Shown here piece after piece: positions 1-13,149 of a DNA stretch of 64,000 nucleotides. The position numbers and the translations under genes were made by a program. Numbering within the stretch: position 1 is the first letter of the stretch; each line of letters begins with the position of its first letter. Under the pieces are notes generated by a model. It had not been told where the DNA came from, did no database searches, and worked only from the letters and a program-made list of their open reading frames with translations. This stretch comes from Callorhinchus milii (Eukaryota), in assembly GCF_018977255.1 (NCBI RefSeq), contig NW_024704742.1:35528001-35592000 (forward strand). The letters are read 5' to 3'.

Positions 1-298
1 CTGAATTTAACTTCACTCTTTGTAGGCATTGTGTTCAGCATGGTTGTTTCAAGTCTTTTGAAAAATAAGCAGAATAGTAATGCACAACTGGGAGTAATTA
101 AGAGACACAGCAAGATAAAAAGAAAATTACAGCTGCTGAAAATATGAAAAAAGACTGGAAATAAATTGCATATGAAAGATCAAAGCGAATGTTTCAGCCA
201 TGTCCTTCCTGCATTCCGATAAAGAGTTTAATAAATAACTGTTTGTGCGACACCACGTTTCACCTACAAAATATACAGTCAATTTGCTTTACAGTATA

Positions 299-496
299 AA
301 CAATGCAAAATACTGCAGATGCCAGAAATCTGAAACAAAACAGAAGTCGCTGGGAACACTCAGCAGGTCAGGCAGCACCTATGGAGAAACGAAAGTGAGT
401 CCACGACCCTTCATCTGACACCGAAACTTGACTCACTTTCCTTTCTCCATAGGTGCCGCCTGACCTGCTGAGTGTTCTCAGTGACTTCTGTTTTTA
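299..496. mobile_element. Palindromic short element inserted into a SINE tail, possibly Penelope-associated
   Basis: ~65 bp inverted arms at 337-401 and 430-494; 15 bp direct repeat TTGCTTTACAGTATA at 284-298 and 497-511. Confidence 0.65.
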
Positions 497-1630
497 TTGC
501 TTTACAGTATATTGTTTGAAGCTCTTTGAGACGTCTCAATGGTGTGATAAGGAGCTATATCAAATGCAAATGTATTCAGATAATGTCATAAACCATAACA
601 TTAGAGATCAAGTAACATTACCATAGTCCAAATGTCAATGTTGTCACTGTGAATGTTATCCCATTAATTTTTCATTATCATTGTGGACAATCGGCACCTG
701 TAGCTGAAAACTCATACTTAGACAGTCTCAATTTCTTCTCTTTGATGGGACTCCCATCCCCACTACCCCACTCCCCAAAACAAAAAAATAGCCAGGCTTT
801 CTTCATACGTACATTGTCACAAAACTAGTATTATCCTAATGAATCTGAGCAGTGCTCTCCCCATCTCTAACGGATATTGTAAAAAGCAGTCCTGGAACAG
901 TCTCCGGAGGCACACCTCTGTTTACAATCTGTCAGTCTGGAAATGTTCATTGATTCCCACTCTCTGCACAGGTACTAATTGCTTATCAGTGCAATCCCAT
1001 GCTTGTTAACATTGGCTACTCATATCGACAACTCTTAATATTCTTAGTCTCAAAGTGCATCATCATCAAGAACTAGCATGCTAACTAACATAACGCTGCT
1101 CTACAATAATAATATCATTGCATTTGATATGGTACCTTATGATATTAAGGTATATGATATATGATATTACATTGTCAAGATATCTCAAAGTACTTCAAAA
1201 GATATACTATGTCTATTTTCTGGGTGAACATGGCAGCTAATTTGCACACAGCAGTGTCCCACAACCAGCTATAGGGTGATTGACCAATTTTATTTGAGGG
1301 ATTGTTAGCCGGATAAACTCCCTTCACGTTTCAAATAGTGTCATGGGATCTTTAACATTGACCTGGACAGACAGATAGGATCTCAGCTTAACTTTTCTTC
1401 GGAAGGACGAATGGGAGTTGCCATGACTCCTAGAACTTTTACAATTGTGAATTAACACCAATTTAACTTTCTTCTTTAATATAGTATTTATTCACCCTGT
1501 ACACATCAAACCCTTATTAAATTATTTCTTCAATTCCCTCAATGGTGATGAACATTGATAGCCTGAAACCACATGCATTTTAAACACCACACACAAAAAA
1601 TATTTACAATTTACAGACATTTGTACTCAC

Positions 1631-1726
1631 CACTATACAGCAGAGTGGCCAAAACCACCAGAACAATACCAGCCCAATAAGTATCAGTAAAATTAGGATG
1701 GCAATGACGACAGCTAGCCCATTAGA
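1631..1726 (-). CDS. ANTXR2: ANTXR2 exon 12, transmembrane helix (SNGLAVVIAILILLILIGLVLFWWFWPLCCIV)
   Basis: Acceptor tctcaacag|T, donor GTG|GTGAGT, 96 nt; hydrophobic run followed by WWFWPLCC. Confidence 0.95.
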
Positions 1727-3084
1727 CTGTTGAGAAATATAAAGAACGCAATGTTAAAAAGCAATTCCAGATCTATAATAAACAATTCCAAATATTTCTA
1801 ACAGCAGAACTTATTTGTATCTTTACATTTCTAACAATAAATAGTGAACACCTGATAACTTGTTACTTCAAGTTTTAGTTATTGGTGGAAGGGAGGCGGG
1901 AATGTGTCTGATAAACAAACCAAAATAAACAACTATTTGGGGCAAAACACTCATTGGATCTTGTGTAACGCAGTTAAAATGTTTGTAAATGAACCAAATT
2001 GTTTCAGTATAAGTATATGTTAACCATAACCACTGGCCACAAACCATGATTGAAAAAAATCGATAAAGTAATTATTTCAAAGCCAGAATTTGCTAAATAT
2101 ATAGCACTTGTGTTTGTTGTTAAATAAGTTGAATTTAGCCTATTTCACTATCAGTTATATTTGCATAGCCAAAAGCAGAGTCCAGCCAAGGCACTTCTCC
2201 ATGGTGGACTCAACAATCTATTTTTTGAGCCAGGCAAGTCCACAGTGTCCCTAGGCACTGATCATGAATCACTAGCCTGACTGTTTTATGGGACTGGAGT
2301 CTGGCCACATGCAAATACAGTAAATCTGCAGCAGAGAGAGTGAACTAGTACATTGAAACCCGAGTTCTACAGATTCTCAGAAAATTGAATTCTTAAGCAC
2401 AGCAAGTTTCTTCTTATGGATGTCTGCAACTTAACTGGAGATTCTAGTGAATAATTATTATGTCTTAGTAATTAATAATAATCCTTGCATTTTTATATAG
2501 CTCTTTTTCACGTCTTCTAGACGCCTCAAAGCGCTTCGCAGAATATACTGTAAAGTGATTTGACCGTATATTTGTAGGTGAAATGCGGCAGCCAATTGCG
2601 CACAGCAATAATTGTAACACTAATAGCAATTGTATGATTATCACTATTCTAATAACAGATAGAGAGGGAACATGTATACAGCACCATGATGTGGTGCAAT
2701 CATATAATCCTTGGTGGTCAGGAAGAACGAGCTGTAGGTCTCTGACTTGTACCAGTACATCCAATCATCAGAACTCTACTCGTGTAGGTAGGTCCTTGAA
2801 TTCATTTTGGCTCTGTGAATGCCTATATTTCAGGCTTTTGAAGCGGATTATGAAATAAAATCAATTCTCACTTCTACTACATAGTAAACGTGCTTCTTTA
2901 TTATCTGGTGAAAGCCAAGTCCTCATACAGGATTTTAATGTTGTGCAACTCTATAGTATGACTTAAGCACTGAAACAATTAACTTTCTCTTGGTGCTCAG
3001 CCTGTATAAATAGCAGATGTGTGACGTTCAGATCTGTGATTTTAGATTTTATTGCATTTTCCCCCAGTCAATATCTAAAGACGA

Positions 3085-3715
3085 TGAAGAGTTCTGGACG
3101 GTCTGCAGCCTATGGAGGGAGGAGTTGGGGAGGCCGACAAGCAATGAGTTTGCATGATCCAGCCTCGATGTAATGAAAGCATGTATGAGAGTTTCGGTGG
3201 CCTGCGGTGTGAGACAGTGGCAGAGCCGGGGGACGTTGCATCAGTGGGGGAAGGCAGAGCGGGTCATGGTGCAGATGTGGGGTAGAAAGGATATTTGAGG
3301 GTCAAACAAGATGCCAAGGTTCCGGACTGGTTTAGCAAGGTGTAGTGTGCAACCATGGACGGTGATGTTGTCAGCACCTGAGGTGGAGATGCTGACGGGA
3401 GCCAATCAGCAGAGCCTCGGTCTTGTTGACGTTCAACTGAAGAAAGTTTGCTCTCATCCAGGACTTGATGTCTGACAGACATTTTGTCAGCACAGCACTG
3501 GCCCTGGAGTCGAGGGTGGAGGCAGAGAGGTACAATTGGGTGTCATCCGCATACATGTGGAAGTTGACCCGATGTCTGCAGATGATATCACCAAGAGAGA
3601 GCATATAGATATTGAAGAGGAGGGGACCAAGGACAGAACCCTGAGGAACGCCACACAAGACGGTGCAGGAGCTAGAGGAGAAGCCGTTTGTGGAGGTGAA
3701 GTGGAGGCGGTTAAG
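3085..3715 (-). mobile_element. L2-clade LINE ORF2 fragment (RT)
   Basis: [17 protein letters not shown]...MYADDTQLY...[10 protein letters not shown]. Confidence 0.9.
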
Positions 3716-3826
3716 TGGAACTTTTGATACATTTGTAAACTAATCTGCAACAACAGCAACTTTGTATTGTATGAACAAAGCATTAATTTGCTGTTTAGAA
3801 AAGTTTCAACAAGTGATCGTACTTAC

Positions 3827-3905
3827 ACAAGTCGTGGCGGTGATGGTAACTGAACTGGAGATGAATGTCTTCCCATCATTCAAACTCACTTGCACAAACA
3901 CTTCT
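3827..3905 (-). CDS. ANTXR2: ANTXR2 exon 11 (QEVFVQVSLNDGKTFISSSVTITATTC)
   Basis: Acceptor ttattgcag|A, donor TGT|GTAAGT, 79 nt; follows a ~21.5 kb intron. Confidence 0.95.
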
Positions 3906-4065
3906 CTGCAATAAAGAATAAAAATCAATACCTGCTGTATATTATAGGCAATACAAACCAACCCCATTATAATAGTTTAGCATATAATCTGGGTATACTT
4001 GGACTTGCACCGTGCGCAAAACTCAGAATATTTCAAGCTTCCAGTGCTGTCCAGGAAGCTCTACT

Positions 4066-4385
4066 GATAATAATAATCCTTACATTTGATATAGTGCCTA
4101 ATCAAGTCTTCGAGACAGTCATGGATTTGTAGGATTTGTTGGATTGACCAAATTATTATTATATATTTATTTATTCACTTATTTATTTATTAACATTTTT
4201 TAAGGGATTATTACCCCTTGAAAAGCAATCCACTAATCTACTAACAGCCGGGTTCCTACTTACTGCTAGGTAAACAGAGGTGTGTGGAGTAAGGAAACTT
4301 GCCCAACGTTTCGCCCTGCCAGGGAATCAAACCCAGGTCCTCTCACTTGCAAGGTGAGTGCTCTAACCACAAAGCTACAGGACTT
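4066..4385 (-). mobile_element. tRNA-derived SINE, same family, internally deleted
   Basis: Head at ~4300-4385, tail ATAATAATCCTTACATTTGATATAG at ~4070. Confidence 0.8.
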
Positions 4386-6616
4386 TACCAGCAATCTAAT
4401 CACCTGAAAGTCAGTCATTTTAGCGCTGAAGCTTGCTGGTGCACAAAAAGCAAGCAGTCGGTTACACGCATGTGCAGTGAATGGGATCCACAGTACAACT
4501 GCTTATAACCAAATTCATTTTACAAAGAAGTGTTATAACGGCCCACATTATACAATGTCCTTCCCAGTGTGTCAGCCTGGCTCAGTTGTTGGCCCTCTTG
4601 CTTCTAAATCAGAAGGTCGGGGGTTAAGATCCAAGTTGGGACTTAAACTCGCATAGTCTAGGCTGACACTCCATGCAGTTCGTGCATTGTCCAAGGTGCA
4701 CTGCTTGCAAATGAGGAAGGCATTTCTGATGTCTTACAATGCACCTATCTGAAATGCACATATAGCCAAGTTTACTGTGTTGCAATATATCTAGATATCA
4801 CTTCCTACATACTGCACCAGTGTGCAATGTGCAGGAAGTGCTGTTAACATCATTTCCTGTACACTTATCACACTGGTATTAAACTGTTTAAAAAAAATGC
4901 AACTAATGCAGCTACATTTCCCCCTAAGCTATCCTCAGGTTTCCCTACTGCCAGCTCGTGCTAGTCATGAATGAAAGGCATCAACTGGTCCATTGGTACA
5001 ACTTGCATCACTTCCTGAACTCTATAACAATGATTGGTCAGTGGTCAACTGAATGCAGAGCTATTGAACACATTTTTCAATGGTTTGATAATTTACAGCA
5101 GTGTAGGAGTAGCAGTAATATTCACGCCTGTATATTCAAAATTGTAAATTATGCAATTTAACAAAGAATGCAGTTCACTGCTGTCATCTAATTATATCTG
5201 TGTGTTGACCAAAATGCTTCCGTATTTGATTGTTCCATGATGTTGGAAAATTTCACGCTTCGTAATTAAATTATTTTCAGTGATACACTGCCAAAACGTA
5301 AAAGTCAATTAAACTGCAATAAACAAACTTTTAAAGCTTAATTCTAGGTTGATCAAAAGTAACTGATGCTGTGTCGACTTAACTTCTTCCCAAATAATTT
5401 GATAAGTGGTTGAGGAAGAGTATATAGCTGTGAAAAAAATATTGCATCCAAGGCAATGGTTTCTGTACAGCAAAAAACAGGGATGGTGGTGGTGTAAAGA
5501 CTGGTGTACAAGTATATAAATAGAAGAAGGCCAGGATTGATTAGTGGGAATATGATATTGCAAAATATTCTGGAGTTTGTGCTTCTTTACTTCCGGGGAC
5601 AAGAGAGTGCCTATCACAAGATTAGTTCAGATGAAGAAGGCCCTTCGGCCCATCTGATTGTGTCCTTCCACAACACCTCCATGTTGTGCTCCCATCACAG
5701 TTTCAAGCTGTTTAGAGATAGAATGGGTGGGCTAGAGAACACAATAGGGCAGGTTTTGCATGGTGTGGGACAGAAATGGGCTCAATGGTCGAATTGTTTT
5801 CATTTACGTTTTCTAATGTTCCAATAAAGATGAGAGAAAACTGGGAATATTGTGTCTATTAACTCTGGAATTTGAATGTGAATCTTCCACAGATACAGAA
5901 TGAGAATTGCAATCACATGCTGAAGATTCTTGGTACATTGAGTGTAAAGTACTTCGTTCAGCATAGTTGCCGACAATGTGAGTTCTCTAAATATCCAATT
6001 CAGTTTAATTTGTTTAACAGCTTTATTCAGAGAGGCAGGAACCAGAGTGCTTGGCATACCTTTCTGAGCTGGGGTTCGAACACACTGCCTGTATCCTACA
6101 CAGGAATATCACATTGCATCCCATCAATGTTAAATCATAACCAAATCTTTCATCGGGGGCTCAAAGGTGTAAAGTTATGTTAAATACAGATTCTTTTCTT
6201 GTAAAAAAAATTGCTAGCTTCTCAATCTCTGAGGCCACAAACTAAGTCCTGTATTAGTTTGTACAATAGATCAGTCTCTTCTATGAACTGGATGAACTCT
6301 ACCCACAGTCTTACTCTACCCTACCTCTGTGACCTCCTGCAACCCCTACCATCCGAGCTGCTCCCTACGCTCAGTGAACACCAGCCTACTTCATGACACC
6401 ATCCTAGGCCCATCCCACCATCAGAGCAGAAGCTTTCAGCATTTCTGCCCCACACATCCCGACTTTTGAAGGTCACCTTAAAACCTTTATTTTCAACTAC
6501 ATTATTGGCTCCTTTTCCCCCACTTTCCTCAGCTACCCATACCCTCAGCTCATGCTCCCAGACAGCTCTGTAAAACACATTGAAATTGCCTCCTGAATTA
6601 AAAGGCACTATATAAT

Positions 6617-6925
6617 TCTAATAATAATCCTTGCATTTGATATAGCGCATTTCAGGTCTTCTAAAAGTCTCAAAGCGCTTCACAGAATATACTGTAAAAT
6701 GAATTGACTGCATATTTTGTGGAGGAAACGCAGCAGCCAATTGCGCACAGCGGTGTCCCACAAACAGTTGTGGATGAGTGACCAAATTATTATTGTTTTT
6801 TTTCTTCAGGGATTATTATCAGGCGTGTGGAGTAAGGAAACTTGCCCAAGGTTTCACCCTGCCAGGAATCAAACCCAGGTCTCTTGCTTGCATGGCAAGT
6901 GCTCCAACCACTAAGCTACAGGACT
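6617..6925 (-). mobile_element. tRNA-derived SINE, same family as 48427
   Basis: Reverse complement of the same head, core and (TTA)n tail. Confidence 0.85.
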
Positions 6926-6989
6926 TCATTATAAATGGATGAAGTGGTCAACCGTGTTGAAAGTGGCAAAGAGGTCAAGAAGAAGCGAT

Positions 6990-7280
6990 GTCAATCCACT
7001 TCAGTAGGTAACGCTCTTGCCTCAGAGTTAGAAAGCTGTGGGTTCAAACTCCTTGTTAGGACTTTGAGCTCACACACCCTCAGCTGTAGCGTTGGGGATC
7101 ACTGCATTGGTGGAGGTGCTGTACTTCAAATGAGACATTAAACCCAGATCCCATCTATCTGTTCAGTGGACATTAAAGAATTCTATTCAAAAAGCGAAGG
7201 GTGTTTTTCCTGGTATCCTTGCCAATAATCCCCCATTTAAATTTATCATTCCCTTCATGAAGCTGTTTGTGGATTATTAC
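6990..7280 (+). mobile_element. Older Deu-type SINE (SacSINE1/AmnSINE-like); similar decayed copies near 1150-1410(-), 4565-4720(+), 9020-9220(+), 11990-12240(+), 12245-12410(-), 14550-14910(-), 26150-26430(-), 41160-41430(-)
   Basis: Recurring blocks CTCTTGCCTCAGAGTTAGAAAG, GGAGGTGCTGT..TGAGACATTAAACC and GTGGACATTAAAGA; family name from recalled consensus. Confidence 0.6.
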
Positions 7281-7770
7281 TGAAAGAAATAATCTTTAGT
7301 GTCATATTGTACCACTAAAGGCCTGATTGGCTGTAAAAAAAATACAAATACCGAACACAATTTCAAATCATAATTTCAAATCAAAAAGTCTTCTATGTTT
7401 ATCACTGTTGTGTGACCACCAACTAAATCCCTTTCAATGTAAACCATATTTTCTATTTGGCAACTCCTATATGGCATTCAGATTGAGATACTGAATCCAA
7501 GCCGAAGTCTTGCAAGGTTGTGGTTTTGCATTGAAAACACACGGTTTAAGTTAATGGCCTCAAAGAAGTCACATAAGGAATGGGCTTTTTTGATCCTGTT
7601 TTATTAAAAATTTAGATCAGTGATCAAAAAACTTGAAAATGTTGGAAATGCACAAGAAAAGATTGATTTTTGAAGCAGAAAGAAATCTTCATTAGGAGTC
7701 TTATGAAGAGTCCAATGCTAAATATTATCATGCCATTCTCCTTTAGATGCCGACCTTTTTTTGTTTCATA

Positions 7771-8399
7771 CTAGCTGTACCCATTGCAGCTAAGCTTGCA
7801 ACCAAAGGATCCAATATGGAATGTAGATTGACACACAGAGAGACACACATATCTATACTGTTCTGGGAGGACTCCTGTGCGAGGATTCCCTTTGGGAGGA
7901 CTCGGTGCTTTCAAAATGTAATTTTGTTGTTGTTGCCGCGGCTTAGCTTCATCTGTGTTCTTTATTTTGTTCCTTGGCTACATGCGTGCTCTGTGATGCA
8001 GCATGCCACAACGCCATTGTCAGCCGGCGTGGCCACCAGGTGTAACTGTAGTGCGTGCGTACATACGTGCGTGCTCTGTGATGCACAATGCCGCAGCGCC
8101 ACGGTCAGCCAGCACGCCACTAGGTGTAACCTCAGTGTGTGCGTACATATGTAGGTGCTCTGTGACACATGATGCCACAGCGCCACTTTGACTCAGCAGC
8201 GACCAGGTGTAACTGTAGTGAGAAACACAAAACTGAAAATAACTCATGAACGATGGGAGGTACCCGAAAACAAATATGTCCATGTCACTCCACGATGCAA
8301 ACAATGAGGTATAAATCATGTTTCTATGTCAATCGGTTATTGATGTCCTTCTTGAAGTGCAGACAGACATTCTCGTTTTATTAGTATATTTCAGATAGA
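7771..8399 (-). mobile_element. Putative non-autonomous Helitron with an internal 3 x ~84 bp tandem repeat
   Basis: Minus strand begins A|TC (TCTATCTGAAATATACTAATAAAACGAGAATGTCTGTCTG) and ends GGGTACAGCTAG|T; imperfect hairpin TTGCAAGCTTAGCTGCAA ~10 nt before CTAG; no TSD seen. Confidence 0.6.
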
Positions 8400-11300
8400 T
8401 TAATTGCATTCCCAACTATTTTTCTTTGTCACTACTAAATCTGCAGTCAGTTGGCTAATGTTAAATTATAAATGTAAACCAATGACCACAAGGATTATGT
8501 AAAATTACAACAGATTTGTTTAACGGGAGGGCTAGAGTCTGATGTCATTGAGCCTCACATTTGGTTTGGATACTCTTAAGCAGGGTGTTTTAAGCATTGG
8601 TTTCCCCATGTGTAAGACACCCGCTTACCAAAGAAAAAGTCTGGTCATGGATGTGAACAAACCTAAGATCTACTCCCACTAAATATTTCAGCATAGCCAG
8701 CTTGAAGTTACAGCAGCCACCAGCAAAGTTATGTCCAGTGCTGCTTTGTAAGATAACAGCTTAACTCTGCCATAACTAATAAATGAGTCTTCTCCAATAA
8801 GAGGCCTGGGAGATGCATACTGTACATATAATGTTCCCAAATAGGCTGTTGCCCAAAAAGGGCATCTCTCTCAGACTTTTCTTTAGTCCCGAGATTCGCA
8901 GACATGCAAAACCGTGTACAATACCTCAAGCAACTGCTCTACCCTCTGTTTATAAGACCCTTACAGTAAACTGCTTTCCGATCTTAACAGGCTGGTTTAT
9001 GTTGTTCACCTTAGCCCACACCAGAATACTTCGGATGAGATGTTTAAACTGAGGTTCTTCCTGACTATTCACTTGGATATAAAAGATCCAATGCCTTTGT
9101 TTGAAAGGAGAAGGGATTTTCTCCTGGTGTCCTGGAAACAACCCCTCCAAGATAAAACTGGTCATTCAATTCATGGCTATTTGTGGGACATTGTTGCATA
9201 CAAAATTCAATCGCTACACTTTACAGTAATTCATGTAATGTCTTTGAGTTTGAGACATATCAATAATGTGATAAGACTCATTATCAAATGCAATGTTGGA
9301 AAGTACTTCATAGGGATGACGTAGAACCCAAGAAAGTTGGGAAGTATGTAGTAGGAGACTTAAGGAATGGCTGAAGACTTTGCAATTTGGCAAGGTTTGG
9401 AAAATGGGAAAGAAAAGAGATCCTCCGGTAGCACCTCTCATGTGCCTCAGCACCAAATTGCCCAGAAAGCTCTTTGAATCCAGGTGTGTGCTGAGGTAAC
9501 TGAATCTCAGCTAAGATAGCAATTGGCCTCAGTGACCCTGAGTTGGGGAGGGGCAAAATACCACAATCTCTACCTCTGCTCTTCTGAGGCACTGCTGGTT
9601 GAAGGTAAATGTGTGATGGGTGTCGGATTTGATCACCATTTGTCCACCCTCCCCCTATTATTTATGACGCACACTTATGAGAAGCAGAGAAAATTTGGAT
9701 AGAAAAACATACCAATGAGAACATAGTCTGATCCAGCAGATAACAGATGTAGAGATAGCAATAAAAGAAAAAGAACTGAGGGCACAAGCTACAATGAAGC
9801 CTTATTTAGAAGAGATGAGAGATCACCACTCGAGGCATGATTTTCTTAAAGGAATGTTTTTAAAGGGATTTTCTCACTCCCCCTGTGGATTAACAAGAAA
9901 AACCTTTGTTTTCATTATTTCTCTTTGAACAATGCCTTTCTCGTTGAACCTACAATTCTAGGTTTACTACTGTAAAAAGGGTGTAAAAAATTCAATGTTT
10001 GCAGAGTGGGCTGAACCCGTTTGCGCTGATCTAAATTATGTCATAAAACGCTAACCAAAGCTGTGGTAAACATGTTGAATCATTAACAAAATCTGTCATT
10101 CAGGTCAGAACATATTCAGAGTCACGTACACTATTCGCATTCCTTTTCAAAATAGTTAGCATTCTTGAAGAAGTTGCAACATTATTCTTGAAGAAGTTGA
10201 ACATATGGCTGTCCATGATGCAAAGTAAATGCGATGCTCAAAGGGTTAAACTGTGTGTATGCTCCGTTCAATCGAATGTCTACACAAAGGAATATCATGG
10301 TCACGTCTACTGCTAGCAGAACAGCATGAGAAGTCTCATACACTGGAGTAAAAGATTAAACCAGACATATGTATTGATTCTGGCTTCAGAGCTCAGTCTC
10401 AAGAGTCAATGTACCCACAACCAATCACCCAGGCACTGTTACTGAAAGATTTTTTTTTCCATTATGCTGTCAGAATGTCAAAGCCAATATTGTACACTTA
10501 AAACTGTACATCAATATCAGAGAGAAAAGCTATTCAAGGAAAGCAGTTTTATATGGAAAATGTAATTTGTATTTTACTTATCAGAATTTAGCACTGCAAT
10601 TGTTGGATTTTGAGATATTTAATATAATGTACATTTACATTTGCCCCCTTTTAATAATGTATAGAACTATATTATATATTATAATGTACATTCACAGTGA
10701 ATGATGTGAAGCAGTTTGAGACATCCTCCCAGCGTGAAAGGCGCTACATCAAATGTAAATATTACTATTATGTGATTGTGTAATTTGCATAGAAAACACA
10801 GAAGAAAATATAGCACAGCTGCTATATCTTTTGTTACTGTTGCACTAGGAAAGTGGCTACATCACTCTTTGAAACTCTGCACAGTATCCAGGAAATGACC
10901 TATAAATTACATAAAAACTTATTGCTGGAAATAAGCACAAAGATTCTGAATTTATTGAAATGTGGAATTTGAAATGTGGAATTTCAAATATTTCTGAAGT
11001 AAGTTGTACTAATAAGTTCACTGTGAATATTTTTTCTTGTCCAAAGGATAAGGGGTACTGCTCATAATCAAACACAAATGTTTTGGATATCACCATCTTA
11101 AATTAGAATGTAGGCAGCTATGAAACTCTCTTTCTCAGAAAGTCTCCTTTCCCTGGCTTTACAAGAACAATGTTAATTTTTATACATAAAGGAATGCATA
11201 AAAATCAGCATTGCCATCAAATTTAATACAGATTTTGATATACGTTATTACAGTTAAATCTTTCTAAATTTTAGAAAGAGAAACTGGGTATCTGTTAAAT

Positions 11301-13149
11301 AATATCTGTATATAATTTGGCGGATACACAAACCTTCTATAAAATCACTAGTACTGACATCAGTGCTTCTGCTCAGGACATAAGAGAACAAATCAGAAGG
11401 CAGAATTTTACAAATACAACTGAATTTAATTCTAGTGCAACCTAATATGTTGGTAGATGAAAACACAAATTGTTCGAAAGTAGAGAAGAAATCTCAACAA
11501 GACTGATTTATATTTTGAATTTTCAGCAATATCAAAGGTACAATGGATTTGGGGCGACAGGTAATGTTGCTGAAGAAAATTGACAGTTTCACAACAAGAG
11601 GTCAAAGTTTTGGAAATAGAGCTGCTCAACACATGAATCTGCCAGATTCAATTAAAATGCATTTTGTCATCAGTTATTGGCTATTAGATGAAGTAACTTG
11701 CATTAGATGAGCATTTGACCTTAAGCAGCGAGGAAAATTATCACAGCCCATTTCCTTCCAAAATAGTTGCACTATTTGACGAAGCATAGAGCAGCATCGA
11801 CAGCATGAAATGTAGTTATGAACAAATCTGCAGCTCCGGCAATATTGTTTTTCAGGAAGATCCAAGTTATTTCACGATTTACTGTCATACATCCAGGATA
11901 AATGGAACCCGAGGTATGGGGGTGAATTTAACGTCCCCCGCCTCACTCGCCCCACCATTGGCGGGCGGGCCTTCAGCCACGCTTGCTTCAATCAAAAGGT
12001 TGTGGGGTTAACCCAGCATTTACGTAGTGTAGGCTGACACTCCAATTTGGTGCTGGAGGCGAGTCATATTGTTGGAGGTGCTGTCTTTTGGATGAAATGT
12101 TAAACCGAGGTCCCATCTGTTAAAGAATCCATGCACTATTCGAAAAGAGTGTACTGGCCAACAATCCCCTAGAAAAAAAGATGGTCATTCACTTCATGAC
12201 TGTTCGGGTAAATGTTAAATGCTGCAGCCAATTTACACAAACAGTCAGACGGGACCCCGGTTTAACATCTCTGAAAATGCAGGGCTCCCGCCAGTACTGC
12301 AGTGGAGTGACAGTCTCTGGACTATGAGCTTAAAATCCTGATATAGAGCTTGAATCCATAACCTTCTGATTCAGAGGTGAGAGTGCTACCAACTGAGCCA
12401 GGCAGACACCTCTTTCTGTGTTCCTGTTATGTAAAAGTAGCTGCCTTTTTAATTTTCCTCTGTGGCTATTTGTCATTTCCTGAGCTATTTGTTTGTCAGT
12501 TTGATTTCCTTTCTTGGTTTGTTGCTGAGAAGTTATTTGATTCCGTTGCAAGGTTGTTATTGAGGGACTAGTAATTTACCAGATGGAGGAATATTTTGTT
12601 AAATTATTTTGTTACTGCCATCTTTTTCATGATCGTCATTTCTCTGTAAATTCCAAAGCTAAATAAATGTACTGAAAACCCCACAAAAAATCAACACTGG
12701 CTACAGTAAGATAAAGTACTTCACAACACATCTAAAGTTGATATAGTACTATGAATGGGATAGAGTTTGCCAAGGAGAAAGCTGAGAGAGATTTGGGAGT
12801 GCTTGTTGATTCCTAAGGGCTTTGGGATATCCACCTGATGTGAAAGAAACTAAATAATGTAAATTTGTACCGTGTATTGGCTCATGGCTCACTGTTCAAA
12901 CAATGTGCAGCAGCATGAAACAACGGCAACAGGATGTCAAGCAGTCAGTCACACCTCGAGTGTGTTTGCTTCTAACATGGAGGTTTTGTGGACCTGTGGT
13001 TACCAGAAGCGCGGTACACTTCTGGTTTCCAGTGGGTACTCATCTACTTCCTTTGTGTGGCCACACCATACAGGTAGTCAGCCGCTCAGCCACAACTTCT
13101 ATCACAAGTATTTCTAATACTACCAGGGTTGATAGTCACGGCTGATTGT

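Noticed and set aside
985..1072. Intronic C/D box snoRNA (TGATGA...CTGA on minus)
   Set aside because: Weak terminal stem, no recognisable guide, and adjacent to a decayed CR1 fragment; likely chance.
7981..8220. CRISPR-like repeat array
   Set aside because: Units are similar along their whole length with no unique spacers, there are no cas genes, and the context is a vertebrate intron.
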